A stretch of 64,000 nucleotides of DNA from Octopus bimaculoides (Eukaryota): positions 30,509,516 to 30,573,515 of the forward strand of contig NC_068985.1 of assembly GCF_001194135.2 (NCBI RefSeq), written 5' to 3'. This document shows positions 13,697 to 27,462 of this stretch, piece after piece. Numbering within the stretch: the stretch's first letter is position 1; the number at the start of each line of letters is the position of its first letter. The position numbers were made by a program, and so were the translations under genes. Below the pieces are notes generated by a model. It saw only the letters and a list, made by a program, of their open reading frames with translations, did no database searches and was not told where the DNA came from.

Positions 13697-13920
13697 TAGT
13701 GGCGAGCTGGGAGAATCATTCACACGCCAAGCAAAATGTTTAGCAGCTTTTCATTCGTCATCACGTTTAGTGTTTAGATACCACCGAAGTAGATTTTCTG
13801 TTTTTTTCCTTTTATCCTTTCGGCGTCGATAACATAAGTAGCAGTTGAGCACTGAAGTCGATGTAATGGACTTAACTTCCTTCCATCCAAACTGTCTACT
13901 TTGTACCAAAATTTGAAAGC
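13697..13920 (+). mobile_element. SINE family B copy (diverged)
   Basis: GGCGAGCTGG head and GTCGAT...CCAAAATTTGAAA tail. Confidence 0.7.
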
Positions 13921-14103
13921 TGTGTTTGTTTTGATATAGGGAGTTTCTTTTTTTTTAATCAACTTTTGTTTCTAAATAGTTTGGGACCTGAGTTTGTACC
14001 CACTAAGCAAATTTTGTCCCCGCATTCATATTGTTATCTGGGATGTGATTTTTCAGTTCTCTAGTTAAAAGATGCAGAGATTGCTGAAATATGAAAACTA
14101 AAG

Positions 14104-14141
<38 letters not shown>

Positions 14142-14165
14142 ACACACGTATATATATATAGATTT

Positions 14166-14616
14166 CTATAGGCTCCTAGATTTCTTGGGTTTGAAAGCCA
14201 TTCTGCACCAGATAATCAAATCATCTATTTGGTTGAGCAGATTTCGGGTTTCTGACCCCTTAGATACAAGGATAGTAGTGTCGTCCATTTAGGCTTTTAC
14301 GGGTAGCATCTTACCAAGGTCTACTGCACTTGCTTTGTTTTCTACTGTCCTGAGAAGTAACTGCATTATATTCACGAAGAGTATTGGTGACACTGCACAT
14401 CCCATCGCAACTCCAACCTCCAAAGGAGGTCAAGCAGTTGGGTATCTCTTGGTGCTGAACCGCATCTGAAACCTCGAGAAGCATTTTGCGTATTGCTCCT
14501 GGTACATGATACATCTGGAGTGCTAGTTGAACCATCTGATGAAGCACATAGCGATACGCGTTTGCTAGAACTAATCAGATTACATCAAGATCAGTATAGG
14601 TCTCCCTTGCCATCTG
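14166..14616 (-). mobile_element. HERO/NeSL/R2-superfamily (RLE-type) non-LTR retrotransposon reverse transcriptase fragment, decayed
   Basis: Minus translation with stops and a frameshift: DLDVI*LVLANAY..VLHQMVQLALQMYHVP ... LEVGVAMGCAVSPILFV ... VKA*MDDTTILV ... WCRMAFKPKKSRSL. These are the WLDLANAYGSVPH, GIAMGCTISP, FMDD and MKFKPKKSRSL motifs. Confidence 0.85.
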
Positions 14617-15535
14617 AATAGCTATTGTCATTTACATTTATCCAAAACTCGATGGGAAATTTCCAAGTATGAATTCATTTTAAAGCATTTATTACTTTGG
14701 TACGATAACATCATGTTTTCCACATGAAATTTCTGCTACATATCGATGCGTTTATTTCGGAGATGTGTACGTAGTGACAATAACATGTCACCTGATGTCG
14801 CTAGGTGATCAAACCTTACGTAGACGTAAATACTGATGGAGAAAAGAAAGTTTCAGATCGTATATAAAAAAAGAAAAAAATGTCGGAAAATTTATAATCT
14901 CATTAGCAACTTTCAGACATTTAGACATTTACAGTAATCGAATTTAAAGTGAACTAATACTGAAATAATTTTAAGGTACCTTCAACTGAATTTAAAATAA
15001 AGCGAGAAAATAAAAAGCTACTACTAATTAACACTTTGATATGAGTAAAATCCTCAGACGTTGAGTTGAAAAATAGGAAGCAAATAACAAATTCAACGAA
15101 CGTAGACATCAACATTCAGAGTTCTTGTTTGTTTTTCCCTTTCTCTCTCTCTCTCTCTCTTTCACTCTTTCTCTCTTTCTCACTCTCCCTCCTCGTCTCT
15201 TCCCTCCTTGTCCTTCTCTCTCTCCCCACCACGTAGTTTCCCTTCTTTCTTTCATTTTTTATTGAATGAAATTCTGGTTTGCGCAAGAACCTATTCGCTT
15301 AAGTTTTAAAATTTTCACCACTTTTAAGACGCATTTATACAATCGGCGTCTTCCTCGTTGAGAGCGCCCACATTGACCTGACTGAATACGTGTACAGTAC
15401 CCATGAAGATGTAGACTGGCTGACGGCAAATATTTGCTTTCGTGTTGCAAGTTATTCTGTGGTTTTGTGTCGCTGCTACGAATTTCTCTATTTGTTTCTC
15501 CTGAATTCGGAAATTAGCTGTTGGAATTATTTCTA

Positions 15536-15920
15536 CGATGTGTGTTCAAAAACATTCTGACTTTATATTTTCTCGCCAAAACTAATGCCGCTTGGCCAAA
15601 ATCCTTTGGTTGAGACGTGATGTCACTCTTCCTGCGCATGCACTAAAACTTTCGCGGCGGCAGGCCGTTTCAGCTCCCGATTGTTTCTGGTCTTTGCTTA
15701 ATGCGTTCGGTCATCTTGCCTGAAGACGAAAATCCGACAACCACGAACTACAGGTATGTACTGTAGGTGTAACAACCGGGAAGTGATGCGGCCTATCGGA
15801 GCAAAAGTTTTCACACAAGTACAGGAAGGATGGTGTCACCTTCTACCTAAGGGATTTTGCCCACGCGGCATTAGTTTTGACAGGAAAAAATAAAGTCGGT
15901 TACTTTTTGAACGTACCTCA
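15536..15920 (-). mobile_element. Internally deleted mariner derivative (MITE) with about 70-bp imperfect TIRs and TA TSD
   Basis: Left end TA-CGATGTGTGTTCAAAAA...AAAACTAATGCCGC pairs with right end GCGGCATTAGTTTT...TTTTTGAACGTACCTCA-TA. Minus MTERIKQR resembles a mariner transposase N-terminus. Confidence 0.75.
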
Positions 15921-18900
15921 TAATTGTATTTTTATCATTTATTGATACTTTTTATGGCAATCTGTTTTATTACCAATTTGCCACTTTAAGTCACTGCAAA
16001 TTTTGTCCTGTTTTATATTACATACTAGTACTGTCTACAACAGAACTGTTGTCATTCTAGGGTACCACCTTTGAATTTTCGTAGTTATTGTACCGTCTTA
16101 TTTTTTCACGAAACGCTAAATTACAAGGGCGTGCACAATGCAAGATAAATCCAAGGTAAATCTAAGAAAACTGGCATTTGAAATGTATATAATACATTCC
16201 ACACAATGCTTCATACTAACTATTCCATACATATTTATACATATATGTATGATATATATATATATATATATAAATATACATATATATATATATGTATGTA
16301 TACACACACACACACACACACACACACANNNNNNNNNNNNNNNNNNNNNNNNNNNNNNNNNNNNNNNNNNNNNNNNNNNNNNNNNNNNNNNNNNNNNNNN
16401 NNNNNNNNNNNNNNNNNNNNNNNNNNNNNNNNNNNNNNNNNNNNNNNNNNNNNNNNNNNNNNNNNNNNNNNNNNNNNNNNNNNNNNNNNNNNNNNNNNNN
16501 NNNNNNNNNNNNNNNNNNNNNNNNNNNNNNNNNNNNNNNNNNNNNNNNNNNNNNNNNNNNNNNNNNNNNNNNNNNNNNNNNNNNNNNNNNNNNNNNNNNN
16601 NNNNNNNNNNNNNNNNNNNNNNNNNNNNNNNNNNNNNNNNNNNNNNNNNNNNNNNNNNNNNNNNNNNNNNNNNNNNNNNNNNNNNNNNNNNNTATATATA
16701 TATTGAATATATATGTATATATTGATATATATATGTGTATACAAGCACACACATACGCACATATGTATACGTGTGTGTGTGCGTGTGTGTGTGTGCGTGT
16801 GTGTGTGTGTGTGTGTGCGTTTGTGTGTGTACATGTGAAACATATAATATAGTATATCAATATACATAAATATACTCATATAGAAGATGTATATTTGTAT
16901 TATTTGCTAATGTTGATCAATTCGTAGTGAACAATAAAAGCATAATTGTTCGTGGTGGGACTCCACGTATTTTCTAAAGTGAAATTCGTTGATAATATTG
17001 ATTTGACTTGGCTGTAATATTGTATTCTACCTGTCAACTTGGTGCCATTTCGGTTGAATAAGCCATTAATAGCGACATATGAAGTCTCAATCAAATTAAT
17101 ATTATCAATAAATATATGTGGCGCGTGAGTATGTGTTTATGTGCAGTGGGTATATATATATATATATATNNNNNNNNNNNNNNNNNNNNNNNNNNNNNNN
17201 NNNNNNNNNNNNNNNNNNNNNNNNNNNNNNNNNNNNNNNNNNNNNNNNNNNNNNNNNNNNNNNNNNNNNNNNNNNNNNNNNNNNNNNNNNNNNNNNNNNN
17301 NNNNNNNNNNNNNNNNNNNNNNNNNNNNNNNNNNNNNNNNNNNNNNNNNNNNNNNNNNNNNNNNNNNNNNNNNNNNNNNNNNNNNNNNNNNNNNNNNNNN
17401 NNNNNNNNNNNNNNNNNNNNNNNNNNNNNNNNNNNNNNNNNNNNNNNNNNNNNNNNNNNNNNNNNNNNNNNNNNNNNNNNNNNNNNNNNNNNNNNNNNNN
17501 NNNNNNNNNNNNNNNNNNNNNNNNNNNNNNNNNNNNNNNNNNNNNNNNNNNNNNNNNNNNNNNNNNNNNNNNNNNNNNNNNNNNNNNNNNNNNNNNNNNN
17601 NNNNNNNNNNNNNNNNNNNNNNNNNNNNNNNNNNNNNNNNNNNNNNNNNCCGACAGCAACTGCTTAGTTATTTTATTCATTAGATTAGACCGTATTTCGT
17701 GATAGAGTGAAAGAGAAAAAAATTTTACTTTAAAGATTGAAATCGCTGATGTTTCGTTTAAATATGTCATTATATACACAATGCGTTGTTTGTATACAGG
17801 AATATTATCACATGAAACTTGTTGATTTCTGTATGTGCATGTTTAGAAAGTCTTTGTGTTTAAGTGTACACTGTTTTGTGGATTAACTTACGCATGTGAA
17901 CATCTAGCAACGTTTGTTTTAGACTAATTTTAAGATAGGTGAATTGTTACATACATTTAGCATCAATGGTATAATATTTTAGCTATTCATATTAGAAATA
18001 ACGTCCATCTTTTATTTTTCTACTGTTCTATTTTTAATCTTCTATTTCCATTGACAGATAATGCAAATAGTGACATTTATGCAGATGTATTAATGTATTA
18101 ATGTAGCTTCATATCTTAAAATGCTGGAAGGTCACCTATCTATAAGGGAGGATGCGTACCCGATTGACTGAATTAAATCCCAGCCCGAGAGTAGTAGTTG
18201 TTTTATAGACACCCATAGGAATTGGAAAATGTAATGAAAGCCAGAAGCATTTTAAAATGAAAACATAAACAGAGAAACCTTAATGTTGCTTTGTACCATA
18301 CATCGGCCTACGCTTCTAATGTACAGTAGAGACTTAACGGCTCTTCGTAGGATTAAATGATAAATATACACAACATGAAATATGTCCTATCAACCAACAA
18401 ACCTGTACATATTATTCTGACCAATTCTCTATTAATAACATCTAAGTTAATATCAGAATATTTCCACATCTAAACTCATTATTTAAATTTCTATTAGAAA
18501 AGGATTTAAGCAAATTACGGATGTGTACATAATGTGCATATGACAAAGGCTTCTTTAAATGATTATCTCTTTTGTAAGTCTTTCATATAAAGTTGGGTTT
18601 TTTTGTTTTGTTTTGTGTTGTTTTTTGTTTTTTTGTTTTTTGCCAGCATCCACACTTTGACAAAAAGACACGCATTCTCTGTTCAATTAGTGAATTAATT
18701 CTATAAATAAATTTAAATCGAAAAGCGAAATTCAATTTAATTTGTATGTATTCTGCAAAGTATAAATGAATAAATAGCAAACTGATTGTGGATATTCTGG
18801 GAAATATTCTGCAGTTACAGAGTTTATTAAATACACAAACCATATCTAGAAAATTCAACAGAACAAACGTAAATGGAACAGTTTTGTACTGATTCAAATT

Positions 18901-19229
18901 TACGCCGAAGCAGCATCACAAAAAAGTACTCTACTAGACCGCCATAATTTTCAATAAATATTACGTCTCGCAATCAGTGAGGATCTCTTTTGAGGACGAC
19001 ACATGTAAAACATTGGTCTATCAGATCTTCATTCACTAGAATCCCTTATCAAAGTCAAAAACTAATTCAGCTTTGACCAGTGGTATCATTTTCACTTATA
19101 TCATCTATTTGAGAAGATGATACTGACACAAATACCCGACAGCACATCGAAAATATATCAATTGGATAATTGGAAAATATCCACTAACCAACGTAGCATA
19201 CTCACCAGTTCACACATACGCACTGTTCT

Positions 19230-19510
19230 CTTTGTACTTCAACCACTAATGAAACTAGGGCGTCTTCCCTGTAAAAGTAAAATGCTAATCGCATCTCCTC
19301 AAGAAGCATCCAATACACATTTTATCGTCCACTCGTCATCCTGACTGTTTCATTATCCAAGCATTTCTTTCTAGCTTCACTCCCGACTGAAATTTCGTCT
19401 ATGCTCACATCTTTCTTATTGACACTAAGCAACTAGAATCCCAGCTCAACCTTTAATTTTATCAATTTCACTACTTCAGTATAATTTTCCATGGGCATTC
19501 TCTGCCCTAC
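19230..19510 (-). mobile_element. Possible highly decayed RTE-like LINE fragment
   Basis: Minus SQDDEWTIKC...GRRP weakly resembles the RTE C-terminus. Confidence 0.3.
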
Positions 19511-19870
19511 TCCTACAAAATAATAATAAAATATATTGGAAATACATACTTTATGGTGTGCATTTTTATTGCTTTCCGATTCTAAGTTTAAATAACCATC
19601 TTTATCCTTAACCTAGTATATAAGATGAATATCAGAAGTACATAATAAAACTTCATTGCACAGATGTCATCTCAGGCTGACAAAGTTATGTAATTTCAAT
19701 ACTACGAATAACAACAGTAAATATTAATTTATACTAAATGCAAATTTTTCATTTGACATCACCGTTTCATAATAGCGTACATACATCCATATACACTTAC
19801 ATATATGCGTAGAAATTGCTGCTTTATGATATGCATACGTACATACATACATCGACACATACGTGCATCC

Positions 19871-19927
<57 letters not shown>

Positions 19928-21358
19928 CTTACATAAACACACGCATAGATACTTTAATACTTGCATATGTATATATGTATATAAATACGTGTATACCGAA
20001 GATAGTTACTAAACAAGTGACAGATATTTGAGATAAGAATGTCTCTAAGCCTGCATGTGATGTAAAATATTGATTGTATCATAAAAGTGGAAGATACCCT
20101 TCATATTATAAGCAGTAACCAAAACATGCCTGCAAGATATTACCTTCTTTCATCAAACGTAGCATTATTGCTAAAACGAATCTATGTACAGGAAGAATTG
20201 CAAAATGCACACTAAATCTAAATTGTATCTACTTTAAAAATAATATAAACCAATGCAAAATTCCAATAAAAATAATTCGGTAAAAACATATCGGATCTCA
20301 TATTATTTTATGAGTCAGAGAACAAAAGTCGTGCACTGTCGTAGAGAGAGTCTACATATGGAATGTGAGTGTTTCCTTTAAAGTTGTAGAGAAATAGGAC
20401 GCCTAAGGTGAATAAATTCAGAACTTTTAGTTCATGTATTCAGGCTATAAATTCTTATTTGTAGCTATTATTCACTGCGCTATGTAACAAAAGATACGTA
20501 CAAAAACCTAGAAAAGCTAGACTTGCAATTTGAAAATTGATCATTTAGTAAAAATTTATGATATATATTCCAAATATTTTCCATCGAAGTTTTCTTGAAT
20601 CATCGTAAACATAGAATCGCTTGTGTGTATATGGCAAGTACATACACATATGCATAAAAAGCAATCACCCATTTAACTTATGTATTCACAAAAACCTAGA
20701 ACTGACTTGATCTACGTATATGAACACACTAGCTCACATAATTACACTTAACTAAAACTGACTTGATTTTCATATATGCACACATTATCTCATATATTCA
20801 CAAATACCTGGAACTCGTTTGACTATTAATATATGTACACTTTAAATCATATAGTCACTCAGACAAATTGAATTTGGAAAGAAACCTTTCTCTTTGGAAA
20901 TTGACTGGTTTGAAATCTGTGAGATACAAAAGAAGCACACATGCATGCCCATTTAAGTACATACTCACGTGCCGCGCACACGCGCGCTTATACATGGAGA
21001 ATGAATGAGTAATGGTTAGTTGAAACGTGCTCAGTACAAAAATAAACGTAGGGCGCAGAAAACAACCCGTATGAAAATGTGGAGGAGCAGAGAGAAGCGT
21101 AACTGATCGAGTCGAAGTAGAGGCGAAAAGAGGAAATGGACGATAGAGATGTGAATGGTTACGGGTCACGTGGTAGTGAGAGGAGAGAGAAAAGTGATGG
21201 AGAGCAGAGGGACAGAAGCAACACAGAGGAAAGTGTTACAGAGGGAAAGAGAGAGGGAGAAGGCAGAAAGAGAAAGGGAGGAAGGCAAAAGAGAGTCAAA
21301 AAAGGAAGAAGTGACGGAAACGGATGTCACAAAAATGTTCAACTAAATATCCTACAGA

Positions 21359-21417
21359 ATGAGCAAAACAATAAGAAATGCGTGGCGTTGCACATTTGAT
21401 CTTTTGGACGAAGACTG
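21359..21417 (+). CDS. Candidate first coding exon (MSKTIRNAWRCTFDLLDED), unknown gene
   Basis: ATG at 21359 and donor CTG|GTGAGG at 21418; upstream GA-rich tract and CpG-containing GACGGAAACGGATGT. No downstream exon found. Confidence 0.25.
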
Positions 21418-21571
21418 GTGAGGAATTAACAACAACATTTTCGTTTGTTGCGTTTTTGATAATGTTTTGGAACATTATTTAAAATAACGCTACGCACTTT
21501 CTCATTATTTTTTTACTCAATCTGTAGAATATCTAGTCGTATGTATGTACGCATGTATGTATGCATACATG

Positions 21572-21619
<48 letters not shown>

Positions 21620-22117
21620 NNNNNNNNNNNNNNNNNNNNNNNNNNNNNNNNNNNNNNNNNNNNNNNNNNNNNNNNNNNNNNNNNNNNNNNNNNNNNNNNN
21701 NNNNNNNNNNNNNNNNNNNNNNNNNNNNNNNNNNNNNNNNNNNNNNNNNNNNNNNNNNNNNNNNNNNNNNNNNNNNNNNNNNNNNNNNNNNNNNNNNNNN
21801 NNNNNNNNNNNNNNNNNNNNNNNNNNNNNNNNNNNNNNNNNNNNNNNNNNNNNNNNNNNNNNNNNNNNNNNNNNNNNNNNNNNNNNNNNNNNNNNNNNNN
21901 NNNNNNNNNNNNNNNNNNNNNNNNNNNNNNNNNNNNNNNNNNNNNNNNNNNNNNNNNNNNNNNNNNNNNNNNNNNNNNNNNNNNNNNNNNNNNNNNNNNN
22001 NNNNNNNNNNNNNNNNNNNNNNNNNNNNNNNNNNNNNNNNNNNNNNNNNNNNNNNNNNNNNNNNNNNNNNNNNNNNNNNNNNNNNNNNNNNNNNNNNTAG
22101 TACTTATTCTATAGGTC

Positions 22118-22385
22118 ACTTTTACCGAACCGCTATGTTACGGGGACGTAAACACAACCAACGTTGGTTGTGAAGCGATGTTGGGGGGGGGGGGGATAAA
22201 CGGACACAGAAACATATACATACATATACGACGGGCTTCTTCCAGTTTCCGAATACCAAATCCACTCACAAGGCTTTGGTCGGCCCGAAGCTATAGTAGA
22301 AGACACTTGCCCAAGGTGCCACGCAGAGGGACTGAACCCGGGACCATATGGTTGGTAAGCAAGCTACTTACCACACAGCCACTCC
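22118..22385 (-). mobile_element. SINE family A copy
   Basis: Reverse complement of the family A head and body. Confidence 0.85.
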
Positions 22386-22390
22386 TACAC

Positions 22391-22391
<1 letters not shown>

Positions 22392-22445
<54 letters not shown>

Positions 22446-22597
22446 GTTATTATTATTATTATTCATTTATCTGATACGCATATATAAATACATATATACA
22501 TACATGCATACATAGATAAGAATACACACACATATATATATATAACTACCATAATAAATGTTTCGGCGTTTTCTAAAAACCCAATAAACTATATCGA

Positions 22598-22696
<99 letters not shown>

Positions 22697-22750
22697 GCAC
22701 GAACATACACACAAACACACACACACACATATGCAAACACACACATGCAC
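22392..22750. repeat. (ATT)n and (CA)n microsatellites
   Basis: Read directly. Confidence 0.9.
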
Positions 22751-22847
22751 ATTCACACACACACAAGTCGAGAATGTAAGCTATTTATAGGCAACTCAGA
22801 TGTTTATTTCATAATTTCCTGTCATTTGCTGCTGAATTTATTATTAC

Positions 22848-22896
<49 letters not shown>

Positions 22897-23008
22897 GTTA
22901 TTGTTATTATTATTCATTTATCTAATGCACATATATATACATATATACATACATGCATACATAGATAAGAATACACACACATATATATAAATGTATACAT
23001 ATATATGT

Positions 23009-23093
<85 letters not shown>

Positions 23094-23305
23094 TGTGTGC
23101 GCGCGTGTGTGTGTATGTATGTATGGATGTAGGTATTATGATATCATTCCATATGTATATATGTAAATGTATTTTCCTGTGTCTAGATTCTAAATGAACT
23201 GGTAATGAAGAGAAGATGTGTGTGTACATGTTCGCGTTATGTTTCTGTAAGCGTCTAGGTCTATTGATTGTCTGTCATTGCATATTTATGTCTGTATGCG
23301 TGCGC

Positions 23306-23345
<40 letters not shown>

Positions 23346-25161
23346 TATATGCGTTTGTATGTATTTTCCTAAGTGTATTTCCAATTATTCCAAACGGATG
23401 AGTGTGACTTGGTGCACGTGTACACATGTGGGTGATTCTGAAATGATTACTGTCACGAGTCTGTTAACTATATTGAAATCTTTCACTCACTTTTAACTCG
23501 TCTAGCTATCACTATGACTGGGACATGCATATATTTACATTCATTAGCATAAGTTTAACGATGAGTGTTAATGTAACAATGGGTGTGGAGCGGATGATAC
23601 AGAGTTACCCACCCCTTTCCGTACCTCTGACATATCACCCGATATCGAATTTCACTTGAGTCAGCTTTCAAGCCACGCACTACGACTTTCGCACCACTGC
23701 TTTTCAGGTTTGCTTGTTTGTTTGTTCCCTCCGCTTTTTTTTTTCTTTGAAATATTTTCTTCATATCCTCATCTCTATTTTCATCCTTCCGTCAACATCA
23801 TTTCGTTATGTTTCCATGATTTATTTTTTACTTTTTAATGCTTGTTTTTGTTGTTGTTCTTTTACTTCTGATAATTTAATCAGAAGAGGAGAGACAACAG
23901 TACTCATGACCTTCTCAGGACTTCCCAGACTAGTATGATCGATTCGATTGATCTCCAATATGAACACTCGTGTAGGTCGATGGCAGCGTGACAAATGTGG
24001 GTGGAGCGAGAATTTCAATGGAGCGATGTTATCGATAAGGATGGGATCACGTTTTTAGTGCGGGTTCTGGGATGCGAGAGAGAGAGAGAGAGTGCGTATG
24101 ATAAAAACGAGATTAGTGTGAGAGGTAGGCCATCGTGCGGTTCGTATGTAGATGTTTACGATAAGAGAAATAGGGGTAATTTTAGTTGCTGCAGAAGAAG
24201 CAGAAAAATAAAATCTCAACATTTGTTCGCCACCGCCACCTCCAAACTCATACGGATCGAAAGAGTAGACCTAAAAACGCCGCCCATGAAAGCGTCACCC
24301 AGGACAGACCTACCATCCCTTGCTCCCCTTTTAACTACGGTACTGAAGCAAGCTGAATAACCTTCATCTCGATATAGTATAGGATGTTTGTGGATTGCCT
24401 ATCTTAGTGAAATACCCATCTAATGCTCTTGGGTAAGAGATGAATACTGCAGCTTTCTATTTTCTAATCTCCCGTATATGAAAAGCATTGTACTGCTTTA
24501 TAAAAGAGGTAGCATATCGAATTATGGAGATGTAGGATACAGATAATCTGCTAGTCTCTTTGAATCGAATCTTCATTGCAATTTTCGCTTTATTCACTCC
24601 GGTATTTCTGTTTAGTTTGATTTTTTTTTTTTCGTGATCCCATATGTGGAAATAAAACAATACATGGCAGATTCTAAGGGACAGATTCAGGATCTGAACA
24701 TTTTCGACGGCAAGGATAAGAGAGCGTTTGTAACACAATGCTGAACAGCTCCAGGAAATGCACATACGAGCATGAACACGCACACGCACACACACACACG
24801 CACGCACACACACACACACACACACNNNNNNNNNNNNNNNNNNNNNNNNNNNNNNNNNNNNNNNNNNNNNNNNNNNNNNNNNNNNNNNNNNNNNNNNNNN
24901 NNNNNNNNNNNNNNNNNNNNNNNNNTGAATGTAATTTGTAGAACTCTACACGTGCTCCCTTTCGGGTGGACGTATTGTGTCTAGTTCTGGAGATTATATT
25001 GCAAATCGACGGACTACGCTGACGATCCTGCAGATATTTATTTACGTAAATTTTAACAGGTTAATCGTTTTTTTATTTAGTATTTTTTCATTTGTCTTGC
25101 CCTTTTGCAATCTGTTGTGTCGCTAAATCTTTACTGAGAACATATGTTTTTNNNNNNNNNN

Positions 25162-25215
<54 letters not shown>

Positions 25216-25958
25216 AATCAGCGCACAGACACACACATACACACACAGAGAAAGGCTGCCCAGTCATAGAGACTATGCCAACATTGAGGTGCTGGAGCAT
25301 AATATGGCCCTCTAAAATTCTGAATCTTGATGAACTATCCAACTTATGCCCACATGGAAGGCAAACATAAAATGATGACGATGATGGTGACAATGAAGAT
25401 GATGATGATGAGAATAGAGATGACGATATATAATCCCACTGTCCCATCCCTGTAGATCAGCATCCTCGTGTCTAAGAAAAATATTATTTCGACTCCATTT
25501 CTGTGCTGGGTTGTAGCCTATTTTAATTTTTACTCCATTCCTTCCTTAATGCCTGCAAGAAACTCATGATAACATACAAGGGTTCATGCCAACTGTGTAT
25601 ATATCTACGTATGAATTACTAATAATATTTGAACGCGTGACAGAACTGTTATTAGCTAAGTTTATGTGATACCAGATAATCAGCCAAAAACTTGTTAGTC
25701 TATGTCATTATTGTTACAATGTAATGACAACTAAAACACTTACCTTTTAAGAAACTCACCTACTTAGCTGTAAGTGGTTACTACACTTGTTGATAGTTTA
25801 CTGCTTTAAGTACGGTCCATGTTAACCTAATGTAGATATTTCTTCATATGTTAGATAAATAATTTTAGTTTTCTGCAAGATCAATTCATATTTTCTACAA
25901 ACAACACTCTATATCGTCAAACTGATTTTAACCAGAAATGAAAATACATCCATATATA

Positions 25959-26174
25959 TGAAGGGGTGCAGATAAGTACCTGGCTTTAAGAGTATCACTA
26001 AAGCCATGACTGGAGATCCAACCTTCCGAGTTCTTTTACAGGGCTTAGAAAAACTGAAAGACTGCTGCAATAAGTGTGTGAATCTGAGATGGGAATATGT
26101 TAAATGAAATCATAATTAACTGAACCTCCTGTATTTTCTTTTACCCAAAGCCAAGAACTTTTCAGAACCCCTCG
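25959..26174 (+). mobile_element. Mariner-derived MITE, 216 bp, TA TSD, about 30-bp TIRs
   Basis: TA-TGAAGGGGTGCAGATAAGTACCTGGCTTT versus AAAGCCAAGAACTTTTCAGAACCCCTCG-TA. Internal LEKLKDCCNKCVNLRWEYVK* matches a mariner transposase C-terminus. Confidence 0.8.
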
Positions 26175-26523
26175 TACATGTGTGTGTGTGTTAGTGTGTG
26201 TGTGTGGTGTATGCATGCGCACATACACATGTGTATATATACATAATATATGTATGTATATCTATAAATAAGAAATATATATGCATATATACATACATAC
26301 ATACAAACATACATACATATATGTACATACATATATATGTATATACACATGAATATATGGGAACAGGACTCCACAGAACGTAAGCAACATGAAATACGAA
26401 ATACGAAAACATGGAACACGAACTTTTTTTTTCGAACAACGAAAGACACAAACGGAAAACAAAACAAACGTAAAGAACGACTCTTCATCAGTTGTTGGCT
26501 GTTTCTCTAGTCTCGTATTTCGA

Positions 26524-26561
<38 letters not shown>

Positions 26562-26565
<4 letters not shown>

Positions 26566-26850
26566 TGGTTGTCTACTCCTTATGCAGAGTTTCACCACCT
26601 CCTGTAACTACACCTTAGCACCATCATAGCATCTGATGTGGCTTTTTAAACCAGACAATGTTCTGAAAATATACCCACATAGATTGCACATCCGATTTGA
26701 ACCACCAAGAGCTGCAGATGAGTTCTGATCTTTGTGGATCTGAAAATGTCTTTTGAGGCCTCCGTTAGAGGCCTCCTTCTGGCATATACTGCATTCAAAG
26801 GTGTGCACAGACATATAGGCAGAATAGTTGGTCCGTTTTCTATCTATGTA
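26562..26850 (-). mobile_element. RTE-clade LINE 3' end with two C2H2-like zinc fingers
   Basis: ECSICQK...GLKRHFQIH and CNLCGYIFRTLSGLKSHIR, then a short 3' UTR running into (TA)n; this is the typical RTE terminus. Confidence 0.7.
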
Positions 26851-27462
26851 TATATATATATTGTTACGAACGCCCGCACGCGAAGCACCTCCTTAACGAA
26901 GAGAGAACTCGCGCGCGCGCGAACGTCAAACGCTCAGTGAGTCGGTACAATCGCCTCGTCGTCGTAAGCGACGGAGTGCCAACAACAAGTAAAGACAGCA
27001 AATCTGTTGAAAGAAGGTAACAACTGGTAAACATTACAGTGATTTGTGTACAAAGAGTGAAATCATATAACTAAAATCTCATATTACAAGATCAATATAA
27101 TAATGATATATATNNNNNNNNNNNNNNNNNNNNNNNNNNNNNNNNNNNNNNNNNNNNNNNNNNNNNNNNNNNNNNNNNNNNNNNNNNNNNNNNNNNNNNN
27201 NNNNNNNNNNNNNNNNNNNNNNNNNNNNNNNNNNNNNNNNNNNNNNNNNNNNNNNNNNNNNNNNNNNNNNNNNNNNNNNNNNNNNNNNNNNNNNNNNNNN
27301 NNNNNNNNNNNNNNNNNNNNNNNNNNNNNNNNNNNNNNNNNNNNNNNNNNNNNNNNNNNNNNNNNNNNNNNNNNNNNNNNNNNNNNNNNNNNNNNNNNNN
27401 NNNNNNNNNNNNNNNNNNNNNNNGTAAAGGTTAGTTCTTCGTTGCAGTCGAGGGTCACCAGT

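Noticed and set aside
15690-15760. Apparent first exon MRSVILPEDENPTTTNY with GTATGT donor and promoter-like motifs
   Set aside because: It lies inside the mariner MITE 15536-15920, antisense to the transposase remnant; no partner exon found.
26470-26520. CTGATGAAGAG on the minus strand
   Set aside because: No GAAA box follows the stem; at best a fragment of a PLE-associated repeat.
26608-26814. C2H2 zinc-finger gene
   Set aside because: Finger spacing and context fit the RTE LINE C-terminus rather than a ZNF array.
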